Below, one piece after another: positions 53,158 through 62,053 of a stretch of DNA of 64,000 nt. The stretch is taken from positions 2,112,001 to 2,176,000 of the forward strand of contig JASGHJ010000002.1 in assembly GCA_047602405.1 (NCBI GenBank), written 5' to 3'. The notes under the pieces were generated by a model that saw only the letters and a list, made by a program, of their open reading frames with translations, had not been told where the DNA came from and did no database searches. This stretch comes from Anaeromyxobacteraceae bacterium (lineage in GTDB: Bacteria > Myxococcota > Myxococcia > Myxococcales > Anaeromyxobacteraceae). Position numbers and translations under genes: made by a program. The first letter of the stretch is position 1. Each line of letters begins with the position of its first letter.

Positions 53158-54189
53158 TCAGCGCCCGAGCAGGCGGGCCACGAGCGCGATCGCGAGCGGG
53201 ATCCCGATCATCGCCGCGAGGGCGAGGACGCCGCCCGGCCGCCCCAGGTTCACGGTGTAGCCGACGCCGAACCGCTTCGGCACGAACAGCGCCGGGTCGT
53301 CCGGGTTCACGTAGAAGAGGCCGCCCGCCCTCCAGCGGTCGTCGGGCGTCCCGTCGCCCGGCCCGGAGGACGGCAGCGACGCGAGCCGCACGGTGGCGAG
53401 GCCGAGCCCCGCGAGCAGCGCCACCAGGCCGACGCCTGCGACGCCGAGGACGAGCGCGGGGCTCTCCGGCGCGAGGAGCGGGTTCAGGACGACGGCCCCG
53501 AACAGGAGCGCGATGAAGGTGGCGGTCCCGGTGAGCGCCCAGCGCGAGATGGACCGCAGCGCCTGGGCGCGCGGGTCCGCCGCGCGGGACGGCGTGAACG
53601 CCAGGATCAGCGCCCGGAGCGCCAGCATGCCGGCGACGAGCGCGGTGCCCATCACGAGCGGCTGGTACGCCTCCGGCCCCCTCGCGGCCCAGCGGTCGAT
53701 CTCGCCGCGGCCGTTCCAGTGCATCGGGAAGCGCGCGGGGAGGTCCTCCCAGCGGAGCGCGAGCACGAGCGCCGCGCCGCCGAGGATCACGAACGGCAGG
53801 GCGTCGAGCACTGGCGGGACGCCCCGGGTCGGCGCGAGCCCCGCGACGCGCACCGTGCTCGGCGCGACGGCGTGGGGCCGGGTCCGCGCGCGCGCCGCGA
53901 CCCAGGCGGCGGTCGAGAGGGCCACCACCACGAGGACGCCGAGCCCCGCCCAGGCCACCTGGCCGGCCGCCGCGGTCGCCGGCACGCCCGCGAGCCCGAG
54001 CGCGCCGGCGAGGAGCACCTGCAGCCGGTAGCGGCGCACGATCGCGCGCCCCGCCTCCGTGGCGGCGAACCCCTCCGCCACGGTGACGCCGAACAGCACC
54101 CCACCGACCGCGAGGCGCGGCACGAGGAGGTACACGAACGTCGTGAACGCCGACGCGAGCCCGAGCTGGAACAGCACCTGCGCCATCAT
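53158..54189 (-). CDS. DUF1648/DUF5808 membrane protein
   Basis: LPARFPMHWN..G; FYVNPDDPALFVPKRFGVGYTVN. Confidence 0.85.
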   Translation of the reverse strand: MMAQVLFQLGLASAFTTFVYLLVPRLAVGGVLFGVTVAEGFAATEAGRAIVRRYRLQVLLAGALGLAGVPATAAAGQVAWAGLGVLVVVALSTAAWVAARARTRPHAVAPSTVRVAGLAPTRGVPPVLDALPFVILGGAALVLALRWEDLPARFPMHWNGRGEIDRWAARGPEAYQPLVMGTALVAGMLALRALILAFTPSRAADPRAQALRSISRWALTGTATFIALLFGAVVLNPLLAPESPALVLGVAGVGLVALLAGLGLATVRLASLPSSGPGDGTPDDRWRAGGLFYVNPDDPALFVPKRFGVGYTVNLGRPGGVLALAAMIGIPLAIALVARLLGR

Positions 54190-54591
54190 GACCGCCGCCC
54201 TCCTCCGATCGCCCTCGCCGAGGCGAGGAGCGCCTGCCGGACCTGCCGGGCCGTGACGCCCGTGGCCCGCGCCTCCGCGACGAGCTCTCCGAGCCGCCGC
54301 TCGAACCTCCCGCGCGCGTCCGCGCTCGGAGCCGGCGCCGTCCGGGGGAGCACGGTCGCGCCCCGCCCGCGGCCGAGGTCGAGCCAGCCCTCGTCGGCGA
54401 GCACCCGGTACGCCTCGGCGACGGTGTTGTGGTTCACGCCGAGGTCGAGCGCGAGGCGCCGCACCGTCGGCAGCTGCTCCCCGGCGCGCACGCGCCCCGA
54501 GACGAGGTGCGCGCGCACGGCGTCGGCGATCTGCCGGTACGCCGGGGCGGGCCCCGCGAGAATCGACCGCGATCACCGGCAGCTCCGGCAT
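54186..54591 (-). CDS. GntR (YtrA-like) regulator (apparent +1 frameshift at 54560-54564)
   Basis: Corrected MPELPVIAVDLAGPAPAYRQIAD..LPTVRRLALDLGVNHNTVAEAY. Confidence 0.88.
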
Positions 54592-54595
54592 CGCC

Positions 54596-55405
54596 CTACC
54601 CTCCGGTCGGCGCGGGCGAGGCCGCGGCTGCCCCGGGCGCATCCCGCGACGCGAGCCGCCAGCCCAGCCACAGGTAGCCGGCCGCGACGACGGCGATGAC
54701 GCCCTCCGCCGCCCAGGTCCCGAAGGGCAAGGCCACGAACCCGGCCGTGTTCGCGAGCGCGTGCAGCGCGATGGCCGCGGCCACCCAGCGCCAGCCGCTC
54801 GGACGCCGGAAGGCCTGCAGCACCACGAGCGAGAGCCCGACGTGGAGCACCATCGCGCTCGCCCGCTCGACACCGCCCGCCGCGAGCGCGGACGCCGGCG
54901 TGAACGTGAGCTTCGCCGCGAGGTTCATGCTCCTCTCGGCGCCGAGGAGGCCGAACGTGGCGAGGACCGCCATGGCGAGCTTCGCCGCGACGTAGACCCC
55001 GACGAGGCCGACCGCCTCGAGGCCGCCGTGGCCGATGCCCATCATCACGCCCTCGGTCCGGGTCCTCCGGTCCTTCATGAGGTAGCGGTACCCGACCCAG
55101 CGGCCCGTCTCCTCGAAGAGCCCGGACGTGAAGAACGAGAACGCCAGGAAGGCCTGGAAGAGCGGCCCCTGGTTGCCCGTCCGCGCGGAGACCCACTGTG
55201 CGAGCGGGACCTGCCACGGGATCCGCAGCACGAACTGGCTCACGAAGTAGACGAGGACGCCCACCCAGACCGCGCGCCAGGACGCGCCCGCGCGGTGGCG
55301 CCAGAAGAAGGCCGCCGCGATCGGCAGCACGAAGGCGCACGTGGCGGCCACCACGAGGGCGGCCCAGGTGGCGGGCTCGAGCGAGAAGACGAAGGGCGTG
55401 GGCAT
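54596..55405 (-). CDS. YhfC-family intramembrane metalloprotease
   Basis: GLFEETGR, GIGHGGLE, ERASAMVLH, LHALAN. Confidence 0.85.
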   Translation of the reverse strand: MPTPFVFSLEPATWAALVVAATCAFVLPIAAAFFWRHRAGASWRAVWVGVLVYFVSQFVLRIPWQVPLAQWVSARTGNQGPLFQAFLAFSFFTSGLFEETGRWVGYRYLMKDRRTRTEGVMMGIGHGGLEAVGLVGVYVAAKLAMAVLATFGLLGAERSMNLAAKLTFTPASALAAGGVERASAMVLHVGLSLVVLQAFRRPSGWRWVAAAIALHALANTAGFVALPFGTWAAEGVIAVVAAGYLWLGWRLASRDAPGAAAASPAPTGG

Positions 55406-55529
55406 CGGGGCGGCTCTCCTGTCTGTTGTCTGCATACGCTAGACATTGAGCCAGGCGCAAGGCCCTGTCCGGACCCGAGGCGGAACGCGGGCTTGCGCCC
55501 CGGCCGCCCGTCTGCGATGAAGCGGCGCC

Positions 55530-57500
55530 TTGACGCTCCTCCACGCCGCCGGCCTGTCCCTCTCCTTCGGGAGCCGCACCGTCTTCGACGGGCTCACCCT
55601 CACCCTCGAGGAGGGCGAGCGCGTCGGCCTCGTGGGCGTGAACGGCTCGGGCAAGTCCTCGCTCATGCGGATGCTCGCGCGCGTCTCGCCGCCCGACCGC
55701 GGCGAGGTGCAGCTCCGCCGCGGGGCGCGGGTCACCTACCTGCCCCAGGAGCCCGAGTTCCCGGAGGGCGCGACCGTCGCCTCCGAGCTCGAGGTCGCCC
55801 GGGCGCCGCTCCGGGAGGCCCTCGCCGCGCACGAGGCGCTCGCGGCCCGGCTCGCGGGCTCCCACCCGGAGGAGCAGCACGCGCGGATGCTGGCCGAGCT
55901 CGCCGCGCTCTCCGACCGCATCGAGCACCTCGGGGGCTGGGACACCGCCCACGAGGCGCGGCAGCTCCTCGACCGGCTCGGCGTGAAGGACTGGGACCGC
56001 CCGGTGGCGGAGCTCTCCGGCGGGACGCGGAAGCGGGTCGCCATCGCCCGGGCCCTGCTCTCGCACCCGGACCTCCTGCTCCTCGACGAGCCCACGAACC
56101 ACCTCGACGCCGACACCGTCGACTGGCTCGAGGAGGAGATCGACCGGTTCCCGGGCGCGCTGCTCCTCGTCACGCACGACCGCTACTTCCTCGACGACCT
56201 CGTCGACCGGATGGTCGAAATCACGCCCGGCGCCGGGGTGACGAGCTGGCCCGGCAACTACGAGGCCTACCTCGAGCAGAAGCTCGTGGCCGAGGAGCTC
56301 TCGGCGGTCTCCGAGCACAAGCGCCAGCGCTGGATCGCCCAGGAGGTCGCCTGGCTGCGCCGCGGCGTCGAGGCCCGGCGCACGAAGTCGAAGGCGCGCA
56401 TCCAGCGGGCCCGGCAGCTGCTGGCCGAGAAGGGCTTCCAGCGCCCGAAGGTCGCCGAGCTCCGGCTCGTGGAGGCGCCCCGGCTCTCGCACGTCGTGCT
56501 CGAGGCGAAGGGCGTCGCGAAGCGCTTCGGGGCGCGCACCATCCTCGAGGGCGTCGACTTCACGCTCGGCCGCGGCGAGCGCGTCGGCATCGTCGGCCCG
56601 AACGGCGCCGGGAAGACGACGTTCCTCAGGATCCTCCTCGGCGAGCTCGCGCCCGACGCGGGCACCGTCGTCGCCGGGCAGCGCACCAAGGTCGCCTACC
56701 ACGACCAGCAGCGCGCGCTCCTCGATCCCGACCAGACCGTGTACGAGGCCGCCGGCGGCTCGCCGCCCGGCGGGCACGGCGGCGAGGACTTCGTCGAGAT
56801 CGGGGGCCGCAAGGTCATCCTGCGCGACTACCTCGACGACCTCCTCTTCCCGCCCTCGATGCAGAAGATGGCCGTGAAGGCCCTCTCCGGCGGCGAGCGC
56901 AACCGGCTGCTCCTCGCGCGGCTCTTCCTCGAGGGCGCGAACGTGCTCGTCCTCGACGAGCCCACGAACGACCTCGACCTCGTCACGCTCAACGTCCTCG
57001 AGCGGCTGCTCCTCGAGTTCCAGGGCTCGGTGCTGCTCGTCACGCACGACCGCTACTTCCTCGACAAGGTCGCGACCGCCGTGCTCGCCATCGAGGGCGA
57101 CGGCAAGGCCACCCGCTGGCCCGGGAACTACGAGACCTACCGGACCCTGAAGGACCAGGCGGAGGCGCAGCGCCGGGCCGACGCCTCTCCGGAAGCCGTT
57201 CGTCCCGAGCGTAGGCCCGCGCAGCGGGCCGGAGACGAGGGACGGCCGGACGCGCCGCCTCCGAAGCGCAAGCCCGGCAAGCTCTCCTTCAAGGAGCAGC
57301 GCGAGTTCGACGGCATCGAGGCCGCCATCCTCGCCGCCGAGGAGCGGAAGACCGCGCTCGAGGCCACGCTCGCCGACCCGGAGACGTACAAGAAGGACGG
57401 CGCCGCCGTGGCCACCCTGCGCGCCGACCTCGACGCCGCGACCGCAGAGGTCGAGCGGCTCTACGCGCGCTGGCAGGAGCTCGAGGCGCTGAAGGGCTGA
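55530..57500 (+). CDS. ABC-F family ATPase (Uup-like)
   Basis: Two ABC domains (GVNGSGKS, GPNGAGKT, LSGG, DEPTN), C-terminal KLSFKEQRE coiled coil. Confidence 0.95.
   Translation: MTLLHAAGLSLSFGSRTVFDGLTLTLEEGERVGLVGVNGSGKSSLMRMLARVSPPDRGEVQLRRGARVTYLPQEPEFPEGATVASELEVARAPLREALAAHEALAARLAGSHPEEQHARMLAELAALSDRIEHLGGWDTAHEARQLLDRLGVKDWDRPVAELSGGTRKRVAIARALLSHPDLLLLDEPTNHLDADTVDWLEEEIDRFPGALLLVTHDRYFLDDLVDRMVEITPGAGVTSWPGNYEAYLEQKLVAEELSAVSEHKRQRWIAQEVAWLRRGVEARRTKSKARIQRARQLLAEKGFQRPKVAELRLVEAPRLSHVVLEAKGVAKRFGARTILEGVDFTLGRGERVGIVGPNGAGKTTFLRILLGELAPDAGTVVAGQRTKVAYHDQQRALLDPDQTVYEAAGGSPPGGHGGEDFVEIGGRKVILRDYLDDLLFPPSMQKMAVKALSGGERNRLLLARLFLEGANVLVLDEPTNDLDLVTLNVLERLLLEFQGSVLLVTHDRYFLDKVATAVLAIEGDGKATRWPGNYETYRTLKDQAEAQRRADASPEAVRPERRPAQRAGDEGRPDAPPPKRKPGKLSFKEQREFDGIEAAILAAEERKTALEATLADPETYKKDGAAVATLRADLDAATAEVERLYARWQELEALKG
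57196..57245 (+). repeat. GTAG-type REP element in frame within the ABC-F linker
   Basis: CGTCCCGAGCGTAG-GCCCGC-GCA-GCGGGC-CGGAGACGAGGGACG, read as VRPERRPAQRAGDEGR. Confidence 0.85.
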
Positions 57501-57528
57501 GCCCGGGCGCCTCGAGCGCCGTCGAAGG

Positions 57529-58890
57529 TCAGGCCGGGACCTTGGGCAGCTTGGCCAGGGACTCCTTCACCTTGTCGGCCGGGTACTCGTAGTCCTCGAG
57601 CTTGCCCTCGAAGTACTGCTCGTAGCTCGCCATGTCGACGTGGCCGTGGCCGGAGAGGTTGAAGAGGATGGTGCGCGGCTTCCCCTCCTTCTTCGCCTCG
57701 AGGGCCTCGTCGATGGCCCCGCGGATCGCGTGGCTCGACTCGGGCGCCGGGATGATGCCCATGGTCTGCGAGAGCAGCACCGCCGCCTCGAAGCACGAGA
57801 CCTGCCCGACGGCGCGCGGCTCGACGAGCTTGTGGTTCACGAGCAGCGACACGAGCGGCGACGCGCCGTGGTAGCGCAGGCCGCCGGCGTGGATGCCGGG
57901 CGGCATGAAGTCGTGGCCGAGCGTGTACATCTTCACGACCGGCGCCATCTTGGCGGTGTCGCCGAAGTCGAAGTCGTAGACGCCCTTCGTGAGCGTCGGG
58001 CAGCTCGACGGCTCGACCGCGACCACGCGCACCTGCTTCCCGGCCGCCTTGTCGGCGAGGAACGGGAACGCGATGCCGGCGAAGTTGGAGCCGCCGCCGT
58101 GGCAGCCGATGACGACGTCCGGGTACTCGCCCACCAGCGCGAGCTGCTTCTTCGCCTCGAGGCCGATGACGGTCTGGTGCAGGCAGACGTGGTTCAGCAC
58201 CGAGCCGAGCGCGTAGCGGGTGTCCTCGTGGGTCGCGGCGTCCTCGACCGCCTCCGAGATCGCGATGCCGAGCGAGCCCGGGCTCGAGGGATCCTGGGCG
58301 AGGATCCCGCGGCCGGCGTTCGTCCGCGGCGAGGGCGACGGGATCACCTCCGCGCCCCACAGGTGCATCATCATCTTCCGGTACGGCTTCTGCTCGTACG
58401 ACACCTTCACCATGTAGACGGTGCACTCGAGCCCGAACATCTTGGACGCGAGCGCCATCGAGGTGCCCCACTGGCCGGCGCCCGTCTCGGTGGCGATGCG
58501 CTTCGTGCCGGCGAGCTTGTTGTAGTAGGCCTGCGGCACCGCGGTGTTCGGCTTGTGCGAGCCGGCGGGCGAGACGCCCTCGTACTTGAAGTAGATCTTC
58601 GCGGGCGTGCCGAGCGCCTCCTCGAGCCGCCTCGCGCGGAAGAGCGGGCTCGGGCGCCACAGGCGGTAGATCTCGCGCACCGGCTCCGGGATGGGGATCG
58701 AGCGCTCCGCCGACATCTCCTGCTCGAGCAGGCCCGGCGGGAAGAGCGGCAGCATGTCCTGCGGGGTCACCGGCTTCAGCGTGCCGGGGTGCAGCACCGG
58801 CTGCGGCGGCGCGGGCAGGTCGGCCGCGATGTTGTACCAGTGCGTCGGGATCTCGCGCTCGGGCAGCAGGATCTTCGTGTCGTCGGACAT
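57529..58890 (-). CDS. trpB2: TrpB-like PLP enzyme (tryptophan synthase beta type 2)
   Basis: [38 protein letters not shown]. Confidence 0.93.
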   Translation of the reverse strand: MSDDTKILLPEREIPTHWYNIAADLPAPPQPVLHPGTLKPVTPQDMLPLFPPGLLEQEMSAERSIPIPEPVREIYRLWRPSPLFRARRLEEALGTPAKIYFKYEGVSPAGSHKPNTAVPQAYYNKLAGTKRIATETGAGQWGTSMALASKMFGLECTVYMVKVSYEQKPYRKMMMHLWGAEVIPSPSPRTNAGRGILAQDPSSPGSLGIAISEAVEDAATHEDTRYALGSVLNHVCLHQTVIGLEAKKQLALVGEYPDVVIGCHGGGSNFAGIAFPFLADKAAGKQVRVVAVEPSSCPTLTKGVYDFDFGDTAKMAPVVKMYTLGHDFMPPGIHAGGLRYHGASPLVSLLVNHKLVEPRAVGQVSCFEAAVLLSQTMGIIPAPESSHAIRGAIDEALEAKKEGKPRTILFNLSGHGHVDMASYEQYFEGKLEDYEYPADKVKESLAKLPKVPA

Positions 58891-59038
58891 GGAACCTCGA
58901 AGCGTGGCACGCCCCGGGCGGGATCGCAACGGATAGCTGTCCGGTTGAGCGGAATCCCGCCGCGGCGGCGAGCGTGCGCCTCACGGGAGCGCGATCGCGA
59001 GCGCCACCCGCTCCCCTGCGCTCGGTAAGATCGGCCCC

Positions 59039-60610
59039 GTGCAGAAGACCCCCGCCCAGGTCCTCGCCCCGCGCGAGGGCGCCATCGCCGAGACCCCGCT
59101 CCCGGTCCTGCTCGCCGCCATCGCCGCCGAGGAGCGCACGCTCACGCTCGAGCTGCGCGTGCGCGCGCTCGAGAAGCGCATCCAGTTCGAGGACGGCTCG
59201 CCGGTCGCGTGCCGCTCGAACCTCCTGCACGAGACGCTCGGGCGGTTCCTCGTCGAGAAGGGCAAGCTCGCCGAGGACGCGTACCAGCGCGCGCTGCAGG
59301 AGAGCGCCGCCACCGGCCGGCGGATGGGCGAGGTGCTCGTCGCCGGGAAGCTCGTCGCGCCGTTCGAGCTCTACCGGCTCATGCAGCAGAACCTGGCCCT
59401 CAAGATCCTCGACGCCTTCCGCTGGGTGGACGCCCGCTGGAAGCTCTCCGGCGAAGCCGAGGCGGCGGAGCTCGCCCTGCGCGTCAACCCCGCGCAGCTC
59501 GTCCTCACCGGCTGCGCGACGTTCCTGCCCTTCGAGATCGTGGCGGGCGGCCTCGAGCTCGGGCCGGGGCAGCGGCTGGCGCTCGCCGAGCGGCCGCGGC
59601 ACGACCTCTCCTCCCTGAAGCTCTCGTCCCGCGAGGCGAGGCTCGTGAAGCTCCTGCGCGACGGGCCGGCCTTCGAGGCGCTCCCCGCCGCGGCCGGGCT
59701 CGACCCCGAGGAGACCCAGCGGCGGCTCTACGCGCTGTCGGTGCTCGGCATCGTCCGGCCGCTCGCGCCCGGCGAGGCGCCGCCCGCGCCCGCGCCGGAG
59801 CCGGCCGCCCCCGCCGTTTCGCCCGCGCCCGCCGCCGCCGCGCCGGCGCCCGCGGCCGCCGAGCCCGACCCGACGGCCACGGCCGTCCTCGTGGAGGAGA
59901 CCGAGGAGCTGCGCAACGACCTCGCCGCGCGCTGGCTCGAGCACCGGGGCAAGGACCCCTTCGACCTCCTCGGCGTCCCCGAGGCCGTGACCGCCCCCGC
60001 GCTGCGCGGGGCGTTCCTCGCCCTCGCCGACCGCTTCGCCCCGCTGCGCTTCACCTCCGCGGACCTCCGCGAGAAGGCCGAGGGGCTCCTCGCCGCGCAC
60101 GCGCGCGCGTACGGCGCGCTCTCCGACGCCGAGCAGGCCGGCCTGTGGAGGAAGCGCCGCGCCGCCGCGGCCGAGAAGGCCCGCGGCCAGAAGCCGAAGG
60201 GCGCCGCGGAGGCCTTCCGGATCCAGACCGACCTCCTCGACGCCGGCAGCCAGTTCCAGGAGGGGCTCAGGAAGCTGCAGGCCGGCCAGCCGCGCGCCGC
60301 GGTCGACCTCTTCCAGTACGCGGCCGACATCGAGCCGAGGGCCTCGCACCGCGCCCACCTCGCGTGGGCACGCTACCTCGTCGACGTCGAGCACAACGCG
60401 CCCGCCGCGCTCCGGGAGCTCGGCGAGATCGTCCGCACCGAGCCAGCGAGCTTCGACGCCGCCTTCTTCCAGGGCGAGGTCATGCGCGCCCAGGGCCTGT
60501 ACGCCGAGGCCGAGGAGGCCTACCGCCGCGCCCAGCGCGCGAGCCCTCGGGATCCGAGGCCCCAGGCGCTCGCCCTCGAGATGCTGCGCCTGAAGAAGCA
60601 GGCCCGCTGA
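59039..60610 (+). CDS. Myxobacterial multidomain protein (DUF4388-like N-terminus, J-like domain, TPRs)
   Basis: ETLGRFLVEKGKL..RMGEVLV; DPFDLLGV..RAYGALSD; TPR helices. Confidence 0.75.
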   Translation: MQKTPAQVLAPREGAIAETPLPVLLAAIAAEERTLTLELRVRALEKRIQFEDGSPVACRSNLLHETLGRFLVEKGKLAEDAYQRALQESAATGRRMGEVLVAGKLVAPFELYRLMQQNLALKILDAFRWVDARWKLSGEAEAAELALRVNPAQLVLTGCATFLPFEIVAGGLELGPGQRLALAERPRHDLSSLKLSSREARLVKLLRDGPAFEALPAAAGLDPEETQRRLYALSVLGIVRPLAPGEAPPAPAPEPAAPAVSPAPAAAAPAPAAAEPDPTATAVLVEETEELRNDLAARWLEHRGKDPFDLLGVPEAVTAPALRGAFLALADRFAPLRFTSADLREKAEGLLAAHARAYGALSDAEQAGLWRKRRAAAAEKARGQKPKGAAEAFRIQTDLLDAGSQFQEGLRKLQAGQPRAAVDLFQYAADIEPRASHRAHLAWARYLVDVEHNAPAALRELGEIVRTEPASFDAAFFQGEVMRAQGLYAEAEEAYRRAQRASPRDPRPQALALEMLRLKKQAR

Positions 60611-60714
60611 ACCGCCGGTGCGTGACCGCATGGGGCGGGCCCGTCCCACGGCGCCGGCCTCGTGGGTGAACGCTCCCGTCCGGGCGCGAGACCGCGCCCT
60701 CCGGAGGCCTCCCC

Positions 60715-61266
60715 ATGAACGCACGCATCCCCGCAGCCCTCTTCGCCCTCGCCCTCGTCGCCGCCTGCGGGCAGGACGACCCCGCCCTCTCGTCCGCCAG
60801 CGCCGCGAGCCGCGACTCCGGCGAGCGCGAGCACGCCAAAAAGCTCCTTTCGACCGAGCGCTTCACCGGCGTCGTGCGCCCGTACACCGGCGCCACGAAC
60901 GCGATCCGCGGGGTCGCCGGCGGCGGGCTCCCGTGGGTCTTCGACGAGATCGAGGCCCGGCTCTCGAGCGACGGCACGTTCCGCGTGAAGGCGGAGGGGC
61001 TCGTCATCGACCCGAACGATCAGGTGGCGAAGGACCGCGGCCTGGCGGGCACGAACCCCAGCGCGACCATGAAGGCGATCCTCTCGTGCCAGTCCATCGT
61101 GGACGGCGCGGCGCAGGTCGTGAACGTCTCCACCGCCGCCTTCCCGGCGACGCCCACCGGCGACGTCGAGATCGCCGAGACCATCACCGTCCCGAGCCCG
61201 TGCATCGCCCCGATCGTCTTCGTGGCCTCCGGCGGCGGCGCGTGGTTCGCTGCGAGCGGGTTCTAG
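60715..61266 (+). CDS. Hypothetical lipoprotein
   Basis: GGAGG RBS, lipobox LVAAC, GGLPWV..CIAPIVFV..WFAASGF. Confidence 0.75.
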   Translation: MNARIPAALFALALVAACGQDDPALSSASAASRDSGEREHAKKLLSTERFTGVVRPYTGATNAIRGVAGGGLPWVFDEIEARLSSDGTFRVKAEGLVIDPNDQVAKDRGLAGTNPSATMKAILSCQSIVDGAAQVVNVSTAAFPATPTGDVEIAETITVPSPCIAPIVFVASGGGAWFAASGF

Positions 61267-61380
61267 GCTCGCAGGCCACGCTCGGGACCGTACGACCCGA
61301 TCCCTCCGCCATGAAGACCCCGGGCGACGGGACGGTCGACGGGACGCTCTAGGGCTCCGAGCCTTGCCCGCATCCGGCGA

Positions 61381-61484
61381 CCCGATCTCCGGGACCACCG
61401 TACGCCCCCGATTCTCCGGGACCACCGTACGCCCCCGATCCCGGGACCACCGTACGCGCCCGATCTCCGGGACCACCGTACGCC
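61381..61484 (+). repeat. Tandem repeat, 4 x ~26 bp
   Basis: Unit CCCGATCTCCGGGACCACCGTACGCC starting at 61381, 61407, 61434 and 61459; no spacers. Confidence 0.92.
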
Positions 61485-61527
61485 CCGAGCGTAGACGCCG
61501 CGCAGCGGCGTCGGAGACGAGGGGCGG
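61476..61527 (+). repeat. GTAG-type REP element
   Basis: CGCCCCGAGCGTAG-ACGCCGC-GCA-GCGGCGT-CGGAGACGAGGGGCG. Confidence 0.85.
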
Positions 61528-61662
61528 CCCGCGCTTGAATTCGGCAGATCTCGCGGCGGTCCGGCCATCAGCTCCGGAGCCCGCGGATCGCGAGCCGTCC
61601 GGACCGAGACGCACCCGACCTCGAGCACGACCACCACCAGGCCGAGCGCGAGCCGGGTCACG

Positions 61663-62040
61663 TTACCCCCGCACGACCTTCCGCACGCCCTTCGCCTCGA
61701 GCCACTTCACGATCCGGTCGCGCTGATCGCCCTGCAGCGCGATCGCGTCGCCCTCGACGGTGCCGCCGCAGCCGAGCGCGCGCTTCGCCTCGTGGGTCCA
61801 GTCCTCGAGGACCCTCGGCGGGAGCTCGAGCTTCTCGACGACGGTCGCCTCCTTGCCGCCCCGGCCCTTCCGCTCGAGGCGCACGACCGCGCGGGCGGGG
61901 CCCTTCGGCGGCGCGGCGGGCTCGGGCGCGGGCGGCTCCGCCGGCGTGTAGCCCGCGGGGAGCTCTGCCCGCAGCTTCGCGAAGGCGGAGTTGAAGGGGC
62001 CCGCGGGCGCGTCGACGGGGAGCGGCTTCTTCTGCTTCAT
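61663..62040 (-). CDS. Translation initiation factor SUI1 (YciH-like)
   Basis: RLERKGRGGKEATVV..ALGCGGTV..LQGDQR. Confidence 0.9.
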   Translation of the reverse strand: MKQKKPLPVDAPAGPFNSAFAKLRAELPAGYTPAEPPAPEPAAPPKGPARAVVRLERKGRGGKEATVVEKLELPPRVLEDWTHEAKRALGCGGTVEGDAIALQGDQRDRIVKWLEAKGVRKVVRG

Positions 62041-62053
62041 GTGACCTCGGGCT

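Noticed and set aside
61381..61484. Possible CRISPR array
   Set aside because: Units are directly adjacent with no unique spacers, and no cas genes are nearby.
61263..61726. ORFs of 132 aa (-) and 120 aa (+)
   Set aside because: They translate the tandem repeat and REP; no coding signal.
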